A stretch of DNA of 64,000 nucleotides. It comes from Patescibacteria group bacterium. GTDB taxonomy: Bacteria > Patescibacteriota > Patescibacteriia > UBA2591 > JAQUPP01. The position numbers were made by a program, and so were the translations under genes. The notes below the pieces were generated by a model. The model searched no databases and was not told where the DNA came from. It saw nothing but the letters and a program-made list of their open reading frames with translations. Shown here one piece after another: positions 19,257 through 28,639 of this stretch (the first letter of the stretch is position 1; every line of letters starts with the position of its first letter). The stretch lies in the NCBI GenBank assembly GCA_041649955.1, contig JBAZMD010000001.1:68079-132078 (forward strand). The letters run 5' to 3'.

Positions 19257-20864
19257 CTACAAATTGCTATTTTTCTCTTGATAATATTTCGCTATATTGG
19301 CGCAATGAGTGGCTATTCCTCCCAGATTAACCAAAATATCATTAAAAATCGGGCCGTCGGCCGCATTGCATTCTCGGCGGTAAAATCTCTCCAAATGTTT
19401 TTCTTTTGCCGTAATTATCATTTCTTTTATTTTTTCATTATGTCTTAAAATTTTTTCCGCTAATTCTTGATTGGGCATTTCAATTAAAATAATCAAATCT
19501 TTAATGATTTTATCCAAAAATATTTTTATGTCTTCTATTTCTTGCTTGGCCGCTTTGGAAAATTTCACTTTGCATTGAATGCGATATTTGGCCAATTCAA
19601 CCAAATTTATAATATGATCGCCTATTCTTTCTATGTCGTCAACTATGCTTGAACATTGAATCAGTTGGGCGGCATTTTTTTGAGTTAATTTATTCTTGGG
19701 TATTTTATCTATAAAATTCATTACTTCTTTTTGAAGATTATCAATAACCAATTCCAAATAATTCAAATTTCTGTATCCCCTTTCGCTAAAAACGGAAATT
19801 ATTTTAAAAGCTCTTTTAAACATTTCTTCAGTTAACTGCACTCCTCTCTTCAATTCTTTTTGAACCGCTTCCAATGCCAGGGACGGTTCTTTTAAATATT
19901 GCTTGTCTAAAAATTCCGACCAAAGCGGCAATATTTTTTCCTGACCTGGAATTACTTTTTCCAATAATTTAGCAAATGGTTTTATTAAAAAAATAAACAA
20001 GCAGGCTACTAAAATACTGAAAAAGAAATGGCTGTTTACGATTTGTTGGGCAGTATTGCCGGTCAAATGTTTTATAAAATTGACATAATAATTAAGAAAC
20101 GGAAAAAGAAGAATAACAGTTATGGATTTAAAAAATATATTGGCAATGCCAGTTCTTCTAGCGTTTATTCCCCCTCCCAAACTGAATAAAAACGGTATTA
20201 TTGTCGCGCCGATATTGGCACCTAAAATTAAAGGCAAACCGACTTCAAGAGTTATCAAAGATTGCTGGCCTAAAAGAACAAGAATACTGGTGACAATTGA
20301 GCTGGATTGAATGAGAATTGTCGCCGCAATTCCGATTAATATGCCCAAAACAGGATTTTTTATGCTTTGAAAAAAATTTAAAAAATCTTGATTTCCTTTT
20401 AAAGGAATAATGACGTTGTTAATCAAATTCAGACCGAAAAAAATAAGACCGAAATAAAAAATTACCTTGCCGATGTTCTTGAGTTTTTCCGTAGGCGCGA
20501 CGAGCCAAAATATCATGCCGATAATCAAAAAAATCGGCGCGATATTCATAATATTGAAAGCAACCAATTGGGCAGTAAGAATCGTACCGATATTAGCGCC
20601 CAAAATTATACCCAATGAATTTTCAACACTGATAACTCCGGCGCTGACTAAACCAATGGTGATAAAAATAATCGTCGCACTGCATTGAAAAATTGCCGTG
20701 GAAACAGCGCCGAGCCCCATTCCGTAAATCGGTTTTTGTGACAAATATTTAATGTATTGGCGGATTCTGGAATTAAAAACCATTTGCATCCGATAACTTA
20801 ATCGGATCATGCCGAACAACACGAACATTAAGCCCGTTAAAAATAAAATAATTTCTTGAGCCAT
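19257..20864 (-). CDS. Na+/phosphate cotransporter (NptA-like) with a C-terminal PhoU-like domain
   Basis: 535 aa. Polytopic N-terminal half with duplicated GANIGT motifs, and a soluble helical C-terminal half. Confidence 0.75.
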   Translation of the reverse strand: MAQEIILFLTGLMFVLFGMIRLSYRMQMVFNSRIRQYIKYLSQKPIYGMGLGAVSTAIFQCSATIIFITIGLVSAGVISVENSLGIILGANIGTILTAQLVAFNIMNIAPIFLIIGMIFWLVAPTEKLKNIGKVIFYFGLIFFGLNLINNVIIPLKGNQDFLNFFQSIKNPVLGILIGIAATILIQSSSIVTSILVLLGQQSLITLEVGLPLILGANIGATIIPFLFSLGGGINARRTGIANIFFKSITVILLFPFLNYYVNFIKHLTGNTAQQIVNSHFFFSILVACLFIFLIKPFAKLLEKVIPGQEKILPLWSEFLDKQYLKEPSLALEAVQKELKRGVQLTEEMFKRAFKIISVFSERGYRNLNYLELVIDNLQKEVMNFIDKIPKNKLTQKNAAQLIQCSSIVDDIERIGDHIINLVELAKYRIQCKVKFSKAAKQEIEDIKIFLDKIIKDLIILIEMPNQELAEKILRHNEKIKEMIITAKEKHLERFYRRECNAADGPIFNDILVNLGGIATHCANIAKYYQEKNSNL

Positions 20865-20872
20865 AAAAAAAT

Positions 20873-21265
20873 TTATATCTCCGGTTTTACAACAATATAT
20901 TTGCCGATCTTATCCAAAATATCGGTCAAATGAACATTAGATTTAATCAAATAATCCACTGCCCCGAGCGCCTTGCCCTTGGCCACTTCTTTATCCTGTC
21001 CGAGATTTGAAAGAATAACCACCGGAATCGTACTGCCTACCGGGTCATATCTTAATTTTTCCAAAACCTCGAAACCGTTCAATTTCGGCATTGAGAGATC
21101 AAGTAAAATAAGATCCGGTTTTTCTTTAATAGCCAAATTAAGCGCTCGTTCGCCGTCTTCGGCTTGAACCACATTGTAACCGGCACTTTCAATCATGCTG
21201 GCTAAAATACCGCGCATGTCCGGTTCGTCTTCGGCAATTAAAATTTTTTTAATTGTTTCTGCCAT
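20873..21265 (-). CDS. response regulator, stand-alone receiver (CheY-like) domain
   Basis: 130 aa. ILIAEDEPDMR...DLILLDLSMPKLNG with conserved acidic pocket, phospho-Asp and Lys. Confidence 0.8.
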   Translation of the reverse strand: MAETIKKILIAEDEPDMRGILASMIESAGYNVVQAEDGERALNLAIKEKPDLILLDLSMPKLNGFEVLEKLRYDPVGSTIPVVILSNLGQDKEVAKGKALGAVDYLIKSNVHLTDILDKIGKYIVVKPEI

Positions 21266-21296
21266 AATTTAAAATTAATTAATTAATTAATATATT

Positions 21297-23756
21297 TTAT
21301 TTACTAATCGGCAAGGTGAAACAAAAAGTCGTGCCTTTATTTTCTTCGCTTTCAAACCAAATTTTTCCGCCGCTTACTTCCACTAACCCCTTGGCTAAAT
21401 AAAGTCCAAGACCGGTTCCCGGTTTTTGGCTAACATTATCAGCTCTGAAAAATCTGGAGAAAATTTTTTCTTGCTGGGATTTTGGTATACCCATACCCTG
21501 ATCGGAAGTTTGATAAAGTATTTCTTCTCCTTTTTGTTCAATTTTTATTTTTATTTCCGAATTATCCGGAGAATATTTAATGGCATTATCCAATAAAATA
21601 ATAATCACTTGGCGAATTTTCTCCTCGTCAATTTTAACTTTCGGTAAAAGAACTGGCGGTTTTTCCACATTTAATTTAATATTTTTCTTTTCCAAATACG
21701 GTTTATATTCGTCCAAAATAGAATTCACTAATTCTTCAATTTGTTTTTCTTCTGTTTTAAAAACCAATCTGCCTGCATCAAGCCGCGAAACATTAAGCAG
21801 ATCATTGACCAATTCCACCATCCTTTCGCTTCCGCGATGAATTCTCTCAACTTCTCCTTTTTCTTTGTCGTCTAATTTTTTACCAAGTGTTTGAAGCAAG
21901 GCTTCCGCCCCCCATTTAATAATAGTCGCCGGCGTTCTGAGCTGATGAGAAGCCAAAGAAATAAATTGAGATTTAAGTTTGTCAATTTCTCTCTCTCGAG
22001 TAATATCGCGCAATACTACCACTCCGCCGATAATTTGGCCATTTTCATCTTTCAAGGGCGCGGCTGAACTGGCAATCGGCACCTCTTTTCCGTCGCTGGT
22101 AAACAAAATAGATGGATCAATCAAATTGGTTAATTTTCCGCTTACTAAAGCTTGACTGATAAAATCTTTATTTTCCGTTTTATCTTCTTCTTTAAAAATT
22201 TTAAGAATTTGATCATAGGGCTTACCTAAACAATCTTTCTCCAGAAAACCCGTGATTCGCGTGATAGCCGGATTAATAAGAGCCAATCTTTTTTCCGAAT
22301 CAATCACAAAAACGCCGTCACCGATGCTGATTAAAATTGTTTCCAATCTGTTTTTTTCTTGTTCAATTTCCGCTTTGGCTATTCTCAATTCTTCGGTTCT
22401 TTCTTTTACTTTTTGTTCCAAAGTTTCATAATAAGCCCTCAATTTCAAAGTCATCTGATTAAAACTGTCGGCCAATTGTTCAATTTCGTCGCGGGTATTT
22501 ATTTTTATTTGATAAAATAAATTTCCTTTGCTGATTTCTTCCGCGCCTCTGGTTAATTTTTTAATCGGCGCGCTGATTGCTCTAGAACTGAAAAAAGCCA
22601 AAATAATCAAAATGATTGCCAAAACCAATAAAACAATAAAAATAAAATTTTTGGTATTTTGAGCGCTAGCAATTACCTCATTTACCGGAACCACTAATCC
22701 CAAACTCCAACCCGTATCTTTAATTGGATAATAAGCGATATATTTTTCTGATTGGTTGAATTTAATTGTTTCAATGCCGTTCTTGCCTTTAATCATGGAC
22801 ATTACCGCGTATTTCAAATCAGGATTGGAAGTTTCCAGCAAACTTGATTTTCTGATTTCGGAAATTCCCAATTGTTCGTCATTTATTCCCAAATCAGCCT
22901 GAGCTCGCACCGGCAAGCTTATTAATCTGGCTTCTTTGTCAATCATAAAAGCATAACCGGTTTTCCATAATTTAATGTCCAAAATGCGATTAGTGATATC
23001 TTCCAAAGTCAAATCAATGCCGGTTAACATTTTCATTTTATCATTTTGATAAACCGGGGCCAAAGCTGAAATCATCAAGCCATGACCGGTTACGTCAACG
23101 TATGGCGGCGTCCATTTGGCAAGTTTATTCGGATTGTTAATCTCGGTTAAATCATCCCAAAACGGAGCGGCTACGCCATCTTTATTGGCATCAGCCGGTA
23201 AAACATCCATGGCAAAACCGCCTTGATTATCAGGATTAGGATCGGAATTCGGATAAAAACGATACCAGCAATATTTATTGCCGATAATATAAATATTATC
23301 AGTATTCGGATTTTCATTTTTTATCGTCGGAAAAATAAAATCCAAATCAGCTGATAAATTCAAATCATTTTTTACTTGGTCATCAAGCGGACACCAATTA
23401 AAAACAATGACTGATGAAACTTCGTCGGCCGAATTTCCGTATTGCCCTTCCGGTCCTCTAAATAAACTGTCTGTTGACCAATAGTCCGGATGATAAAAAA
23501 GATCCGGGTTATTGAAAACATTGGTGGCAAAATCAGCCAAATTTTTGCTGGCCGAACTCACTTTTGATAATGATAAATTAATTTTATCAGCCTCGCTCTG
23601 TGAAAGACTTTTCAAGCGATTGGTGGCTTCATTCTCCAATTCTGTCGTTGTTTTGGAAATGGAAATAAAACCGATCAAAGCAATCGGCAATAAAGCAAAA
23701 AGGGTAAATATTAAAATCAATTTAATATTAAGCCCGAATTTAAACTTCTTTTTCAT
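21297..23756 (-). CDS. sensor histidine kinase (extracytoplasmic Cache-like sensor, HAMP, PAS, HisKA, HATPase_c)
   Basis: 819 aa with two transmembrane segments. H-box LASHQLRTPAT and G-box GTGLGLYLAKGLVE. Confidence 0.85.
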   Translation of the reverse strand: MKKKFKFGLNIKLILIFTLFALLPIALIGFISISKTTTELENEATNRLKSLSQSEADKINLSLSKVSSASKNLADFATNVFNNPDLFYHPDYWSTDSLFRGPEGQYGNSADEVSSVIVFNWCPLDDQVKNDLNLSADLDFIFPTIKNENPNTDNIYIIGNKYCWYRFYPNSDPNPDNQGGFAMDVLPADANKDGVAAPFWDDLTEINNPNKLAKWTPPYVDVTGHGLMISALAPVYQNDKMKMLTGIDLTLEDITNRILDIKLWKTGYAFMIDKEARLISLPVRAQADLGINDEQLGISEIRKSSLLETSNPDLKYAVMSMIKGKNGIETIKFNQSEKYIAYYPIKDTGWSLGLVVPVNEVIASAQNTKNFIFIVLLVLAIILIILAFFSSRAISAPIKKLTRGAEEISKGNLFYQIKINTRDEIEQLADSFNQMTLKLRAYYETLEQKVKERTEELRIAKAEIEQEKNRLETILISIGDGVFVIDSEKRLALINPAITRITGFLEKDCLGKPYDQILKIFKEEDKTENKDFISQALVSGKLTNLIDPSILFTSDGKEVPIASSAAPLKDENGQIIGGVVVLRDITREREIDKLKSQFISLASHQLRTPATIIKWGAEALLQTLGKKLDDKEKGEVERIHRGSERMVELVNDLLNVSRLDAGRLVFKTEEKQIEELVNSILDEYKPYLEKKNIKLNVEKPPVLLPKVKIDEEKIRQVIIILLDNAIKYSPDNSEIKIKIEQKGEEILYQTSDQGMGIPKSQQEKIFSRFFRADNVSQKPGTGLGLYLAKGLVEVSGGKIWFESEENKGTTFCFTLPISK

Positions 23757-23838
23757 GCTTTAATTATACAATAATTCGGATAAAATAAAAGGCCTGCTTT
23801 GATAACTTCTCAAAGCAGGCTCTAAAAATGTAAATTCC

Positions 23839-25290
23839 TTATTTCACCGTCTCAATCACATCCAAAATCTTTTCCAATTCTTCTGGAGATTCATTGCCTC
23901 CGGCAATACGAATCATATCGCCAAAAACACCAACTCGGGTTTTTTCAAAAGCGAAACTGCCGCCGTATTCAACTAATCCTTTTAAACCGCCTTTTTCCAG
24001 CTTGTCCGCTGTTTCCCAAGCATTTTCACATTGGATGTAAAAAACAGCTGTCGCTCCATCGGGTAAATTCTTTTCCGTGTATTCATAATTGGGATGAGTC
24101 GGTAAATTGGGATGAGAAACAGCTGTAATTCCCATTCTTCCGATTGCTTTGGAGAAGCCCTGAGCTAAAATTTTGGTATTACTAAGGATTTGCTTATTGC
24201 GGATATTAAATTCTTTTTTGGTCGTTTCCGGCAAACGCGCTTCTGAACTTTTTGGCGGATATGTACCTTCTCTCATTCTCTCAATTTCAAGCTCAAGTAA
24301 TTTGTTAGGATCATTGCTATATGCCACACCTATTGTCGTCTTGTCTTTGGCAAAAAATTTAGTTCCCGAATCAACGACTAAAACCGACGCTTTAGTTTTT
24401 TTAATTTCTTGAGGCAAATTAAGATTTGTTTCAGTTGGCAAAGTATTATCCAAAATTAGAGTCATCGGCATTTCCCTTTTAGCCAGCCAAACCGTATCAA
24501 ATAAAGACTTTAATTCCAAAAGTGCACCTCGACGATCCTCGCTAATCATAATTGCCTCTTCTTCTAAATCCCGCAGTAAATCCTTTAGCGGCATATAACT
24601 TTGTTCTTTATTAATTTTTCGAGCAGTTCCCTCAAATTCTTTGACTAAATTTTCTAATTTGGCTTTTTGCTCAGGGCTATATTTTTCGCCTCGTCCAGCT
24701 CCTTCCCAATCGCCGGCTGTCAGCCAGTCACGAATCCAATCTTTATGAAACAATTGTTTCTCAATCAAGGTTGGCAGATTTAAATCTTTTTGATATTTTT
24801 CATTCATCTCTTCTGTTTTTTCAAAAAGATTTTTCAAATCAACCACCGGCATATCCTGAGCATTACCGACTGTTTCGGTAAAAATCGCTTTCGGACGATA
24901 CTGGTCAATCAATTTGTTCAGTTCGTCTTTTTCTCCGCTTTTAATCGGAATACATTTGACGCCGCGAATCATCAAATCTTTTTCAATAAAATTTTTTGAT
25001 TCGCCATAAGTTGAAGGACTGTAAAGTAAAACATCACCTTTGGTCAAATGCAAACTTTCTATGGCGCCATTAACTGCCGCCATACCGTCATTATAAAGTA
25101 AAACCTTGTCTGCACCAATTTCTTGGGCAACCTTCATCTGGCGTTCTCTTAAAGCGGGATAATCATAACGGGCATAAATCTCTACCGGTTCACCTTTTCC
25201 ATATTTTTCAAAAGCATCCTTCCACTCACCAAGGGTTTCATAAGTACCGGTAACGTCTAAATTTTTTTCACCAAATTTTTCTCTTTCCAT
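23839..25290 (-). CDS. Cys/Met-metabolism PLP-dependent enzyme family protein (CGS/CBL/MGL-like) with a ~120-aa K/E-rich insertion
   Basis: Motif correspondences: RYDYPA (RYxNPT), YNDGMAAV (FxSGMAAI), DSGTKFF (PLP-Lys, SATKYL), VSHPNLPTHPNYEY (YPGLxSHPxH). Strong SD. Confidence 0.6.
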   Translation of the reverse strand: MEREKFGEKNLDVTGTYETLGEWKDAFEKYGKGEPVEIYARYDYPALRERQMKVAQEIGADKVLLYNDGMAAVNGAIESLHLTKGDVLLYSPSTYGESKNFIEKDLMIRGVKCIPIKSGEKDELNKLIDQYRPKAIFTETVGNAQDMPVVDLKNLFEKTEEMNEKYQKDLNLPTLIEKQLFHKDWIRDWLTAGDWEGAGRGEKYSPEQKAKLENLVKEFEGTARKINKEQSYMPLKDLLRDLEEEAIMISEDRRGALLELKSLFDTVWLAKREMPMTLILDNTLPTETNLNLPQEIKKTKASVLVVDSGTKFFAKDKTTIGVAYSNDPNKLLELEIERMREGTYPPKSSEARLPETTKKEFNIRNKQILSNTKILAQGFSKAIGRMGITAVSHPNLPTHPNYEYTEKNLPDGATAVFYIQCENAWETADKLEKGGLKGLVEYGGSFAFEKTRVGVFGDMIRIAGGNESPEELEKILDVIETVK

Positions 25291-25343
25291 AATTTTTTCC
25301 TCCTTTTTTTCCCATTATATAATGGGCTAACCTTTATAATTAA

Positions 25344-25372
25344 ATAATAGCAAAAATTTTGATTTTTGTCAA
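25344..25372 (-). promoter_or_regulatory. conserved extended promoter (TTGACA-17-TATTAT) upstream of the PLP enzyme gene
   Basis: Minus strand reads GGGGATTGACAAAAATCAAAATTTTTGCTATTATT. Confidence 0.55.
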
Positions 25373-25376
25373 TCCC

Positions 25377-26237
25377 CTATTTTTGTTCTTCTTGCTTCCT
25401 AGATTGTACAATTATAGCTTTTTCTACTAGTTCAATATCATTAGGAAGTTTCTTCGCTTCAAAGTCGCCATTATTATCTTGTGAACTAATTTTTTCATAA
25501 AGTAACTTTAATCTATTTTGTTTTTCATCAGTAAGATTCCAACCTTTTTTGAAATCTTCCGTAGATAAAGGGATGTCATATCTGTATAAAATTTCGTTTT
25601 TAATAAAACCGGCATTTTTTAATAATTCTAATAAGGCTTGTTCATCTGTGATAAATTTTTCAACTGCTACTTTTTCTGCAATAATCTTTTCCCTTTCTGT
25701 ATAAAGATAATTAGTCATTTGATTATTTCGAACGGCCGGTGAAACTAAAGCGGATAAAATAAGCTTGCCATCATTTTTTAAAACCCTATTCACTTCTGAT
25801 AGAGCTTTTATCTGTAAGGGTTTTGGAAGATAATCTAAAACCTGTTTTATGGTAATTATGTCGACTGATTTATCATTCAGGGGAATGTCAATAATATCCC
25901 CTGGAAGTTTATCATAACCCTTTTTATCAGGAATCTCATTAAGCATGTCTAGATTCCTGTCAATAAAAATTGTTTTAATGTTAATTCCTTTGTCTTTTAA
26001 TTTCTTCTCAAATTCTTTATTAAAAAAATCCCCGCATATTCCGGGACCGCAACCAATATCAGCTAAAATAATTTCTTTTTTCTTAGCTATTTCTTCAAGA
26101 TCTAAACCGCGAAACATATTCTCTAATACGTCTTCTCTGGCCTGATAACCACGCAAGGATTCTCTATAATTTTTTATCCTCCAAGTATCTCTTGAAACAA
26201 TGTCGCCAGTTGAAACTCCTTTTTCAATATTTGTCAT
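25377..26237 (-). CDS. class I SAM-dependent methyltransferase
   Basis: 286 aa. Motif I ILADIGCGPGICG and a post-motif acidic residue. Confidence 0.7.
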   Translation of the reverse strand: MTNIEKGVSTGDIVSRDTWRIKNYRESLRGYQAREDVLENMFRGLDLEEIAKKKEIILADIGCGPGICGDFFNKEFEKKLKDKGINIKTIFIDRNLDMLNEIPDKKGYDKLPGDIIDIPLNDKSVDIITIKQVLDYLPKPLQIKALSEVNRVLKNDGKLILSALVSPAVRNNQMTNYLYTEREKIIAEKVAVEKFITDEQALLELLKNAGFIKNEILYRYDIPLSTEDFKKGWNLTDEKQNRLKLLYEKISSQDNNGDFEAKKLPNDIELVEKAIIVQSRKQEEQK

Positions 26238-26266
26238 AATTTTGATTATATTTAAAAAAAATTAAG

Positions 26267-26614
26267 CTATTTTGAACCGGAATTTAATAAATTTTCAATT
26301 ATAGATAATTTATCTCCTGAAATATTCTTTAAAATTTTTGAGAAATAGTCAGTAGTAACATCATTTGTAACTTTTTTAGTTATGGCTTTAATTTCTTTTT
26401 CAGAATAATTTTCTTTAAGAAAATTATCTATTTCTTCATAGTTGAAATTTCCGTCCTTTGATTTATAACCTTTTTCTGTTAATGCTTCAACAATAATATT
26501 GGTTGATATTAAATCTCCCAATTTCTTTACGCTATTATTAATTTCGCTTTCCGAAAATTCAAGCACATTAAGAATTTTATAAATCTTTTCAATTTCTTCA
26601 GCGGCTATATTCAT
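26267..26614 (-). CDS. hypothetical protein (115 aa)
   Basis: ORF in an operon-like series with 26640-27065 and 25377-26237. No recognisable motif. Confidence 0.4.
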   Translation of the reverse strand: MNIAAEEIEKIYKILNVLEFSESEINNSVKKLGDLISTNIIVEALTEKGYKSKDGNFNYEEIDNFLKENYSEKEIKAITKKVTNDVTTDYFSKILKNISGDKLSIIENLLNSGSK

Positions 26615-26639
26615 ATATTTGTAATGACTAAAAAATTTA

Positions 26640-27065
26640 TTATATTTTTTTTGATTTTTCCATTTTAATTTCTCTGTCCAATTTGATACGTTGAATTGCG
26701 CTCTTTATCCCCTCTGAAAAAATGAGTATTCCCATTCCTGTAACGGATATAGCAAGGGTTTCTGCTGCATGAATTTCCCCTCTTGTTAATGCTTGTCCCA
26801 TAATATTTATCATTTGTTCCTGATTTAAAAATGCTATTCTGGACATTTCTAAACCAGCAAGCGTACTAAGGGTTCCGAAAAATTTAGCAGCCGTATCTTC
26901 CAATTCATGAGGTCTGAGAATATTTAAAACATTTTTTATTTTATCAAAGACAGATTTTTGTTTTTCTTCAAAAAAATCCTTACTTAATTTTTCTGGATTT
27001 TTTTCTTGATCTATTTGTTGTTCCGGAGTTAGTATCTCTTCTGGAATTGGTTTTTCTCCGTTCAT
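26640..27065 (-). CDS. hypothetical protein (141 aa)
   Basis: ORF immediately downstream of a conserved-type promoter. Confidence 0.4.
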   Translation of the reverse strand: MNGEKPIPEEILTPEQQIDQEKNPEKLSKDFFEEKQKSVFDKIKNVLNILRPHELEDTAAKFFGTLSTLAGLEMSRIAFLNQEQMINIMGQALTRGEIHAAETLAISVTGMGILIFSEGIKSAIQRIKLDREIKMEKSKKI

Positions 27066-27125
27066 ATATTTACCTCATTAAGATTGTTTTTAAACAATCT
27101 TTTAATTGATTATTTATCTATTTTC

Positions 27126-27154
27126 AGAATAGCATATTTTAAGGAATTTGTCAA
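27126..27154 (-). promoter_or_regulatory. promoter TTGACA-17-TATTCT
   Basis: Minus strand reads GGTTAATTGACAAATTCCTTAAAATATGCTATTCT and shares the ATATGCTATT core. Confidence 0.5.
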
Positions 27155-27196
27155 TTAACCGTTCAGTTAACGCTAAGGAATGACAATTTCAACTGT

Positions 27197-28054
27197 CTAC
27201 TTTTTAATCTTTAAAATATAAATTGGCATAAATTCCGTATAAGTCCAACGAGGAGCTTCTACAATTGCTTTAATGGCAAAATATTTTTTAAGCATATTCT
27301 CAAATTCTTTTTTAAAAAAAGTAATATGAATGATTTTACCACCGTGTTTCTCTATATTGTGTATTTTCCAAACATCTTCTTTTCTAAGTTTTATTTCCCC
27401 TTTTTCCAAGGCAGGATTAAAAAGATCAAACATTTTTTTCACAGACCATTCTTTCGTTTTTTCGTTGTATATTTTTTTCTTCCATTTTGTATAGTATCCT
27501 AGGGCAAACCAAAACATAAGCCAAGTGGTTTTTTTCTGATTATATTGTTTTTGAAAATAAGAAAAATTTTCTTGCGGTTTCTCCGGCAAATAAATAAAAT
27601 TGCGCGTAATAAAATATCCATCGGGTTTTAAAAGTTTGTTGATGTTTTTTAATAATTCAGGATGAAGTTTAACCGGTATATTATTAAGAGAAGCATCAGC
27701 AAGTACTGCGTCAAAACAATGCTCCGGCAAAAATTGTACCATTTTTAACCAATCGCATCTCATCATTAAATTCTTATCATCGTCTCTAAATTTCATTGTT
27801 TGATACATTGATTCAATGACATTAAAACTTATATCAATTGCTAAAGTTTCGCAGCCCAAACCAATGGCCATGTCTCTTAATTCCGGCGTAGCGCCCAAAA
27901 CTAAAACACGCGGATCCTTTTTTCCCTTAATGGCTAATTTCAAATATTTTTTATAAATATCTAATTCTTCTTTTATCGGCGCTGAAGACCCTTCCCGCTT
28001 AGCGCGGGAAGAAGCTACTTTTTTTATATCCCAACGTGACAATATTGTTTTCAT
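27197..28054 (-). CDS. methyltransferase-fold protein, paralog 1 of 3 (motif VLVLGATPELRD)
   Basis: 285 aa. Aligns with 38786-39673 and 39646-40479 over LGxTPExRD ... NNIP ... LKPxGxFIT ... KYFxI. Confidence 0.5.
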   Translation of the reverse strand: MKTILSRWDIKKVASSRAKREGSSAPIKEELDIYKKYLKLAIKGKKDPRVLVLGATPELRDMAIGLGCETLAIDISFNVIESMYQTMKFRDDDKNLMMRCDWLKMVQFLPEHCFDAVLADASLNNIPVKLHPELLKNINKLLKPDGYFITRNFIYLPEKPQENFSYFQKQYNQKKTTWLMFWFALGYYTKWKKKIYNEKTKEWSVKKMFDLFNPALEKGEIKLRKEDVWKIHNIEKHGGKIIHITFFKKEFENMLKKYFAIKAIVEAPRWTYTEFMPIYILKIKK

Positions 28055-28093
28055 ATTATTATTTATTATTTTAAACTTTTTTAGTCTTTAATT

Positions 28094-28122
28094 TAAAAAT
28101 AGCAAAATTTAGTCTTTTGTCA
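28094..28122 (-). promoter_or_regulatory. weaker promoter TTGACA-16-TATTTT
   Basis: TGTCAA at 28117-28122. Confidence 0.3.
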
Positions 28123-28134
28123 ATGATAAAAATG

Positions 28135-28180
28135 TAAAAAAAAGAGGCCAGATGTTTCCAATGTTGAAAAACACCTGGCC
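28135..28180 (-). terminator. intrinsic terminator after the small gene (GGCCAGGTGTTT...AAACATCTGGCC then T8-9 on the minus strand)
   Basis: Hairpin plus poly-T, seen directly. Confidence 0.5.
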
Positions 28181-28196
28181 TGGCAAGGGTTAATTT

Positions 28197-28433
28197 TTAA
28201 GCCCATCTTATTGTGGATCCAATTCTGAATCCACATTCTTCCGCTACTGCAGTCGCCTTTTGAAACTCTTCGTTAAATTTTTGTGCTTGAACAAGATCCT
28301 GATTATCACATGCATTCCGAACTTTAAGAGCCATTTCTTTTAATTTCTGTATAACTCTTCCACTGGCACTATTCTGAGGCCAAATTCCAAAGACGGAATG
28401 AAAATTCTTTATATTTAAATAAATTTTTTTCAT
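28197..28433 (-). CDS. small monocistronic protein (78 aa), possibly Nif11-like
   Basis: Own consensus promoter, strong SD (AGGAGGAAAG) and own terminator. C-terminal AVAEECGFRIGS resembles the Nif11-domain end AIAKEAGFSI. Confidence 0.5.
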   Translation of the reverse strand: MKKIYLNIKNFHSVFGIWPQNSASGRVIQKLKEMALKVRNACDNQDLVQAQKFNEEFQKATAVAEECGFRIGSTIRWA

Positions 28434-28540
28434 CTTTCCTCCTTTTTCCCTTGTTTTTCAAGGGAATTTCTGAAAAATTTGATTTCTTGTTTTTAAACCC
28501 TTGTTATTAAATTACAAAGAACTTTATCTTTTATGTTAAA

Positions 28541-28569
28541 ATAATAGCATATTTTTTGATTTTTGTCAA
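28541..28569 (-). promoter_or_regulatory. conserved extended promoter TTGACA-17-TATTAT
   Basis: Minus strand reads GGGGTTGACAAAAATCAAAAAATATGCTATTATT. Confidence 0.6.
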
Positions 28570-28585
28570 CCCCTTTATTAAAAAT

Positions 28586-28616
28586 TCAAAAAGGCGAGAA
28601 TTAATCTCGCCTTTTT
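28586..28616 (-). terminator. hairpin AAAAAGGCGAGA-TTAA-TCTCGCCTTTTT, bidirectional terminator
   Basis: Perfect stem flanked by A/T runs. Confidence 0.55.
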
Positions 28617-28639
28617 GCTTATCTAAAACCCTATATAAT

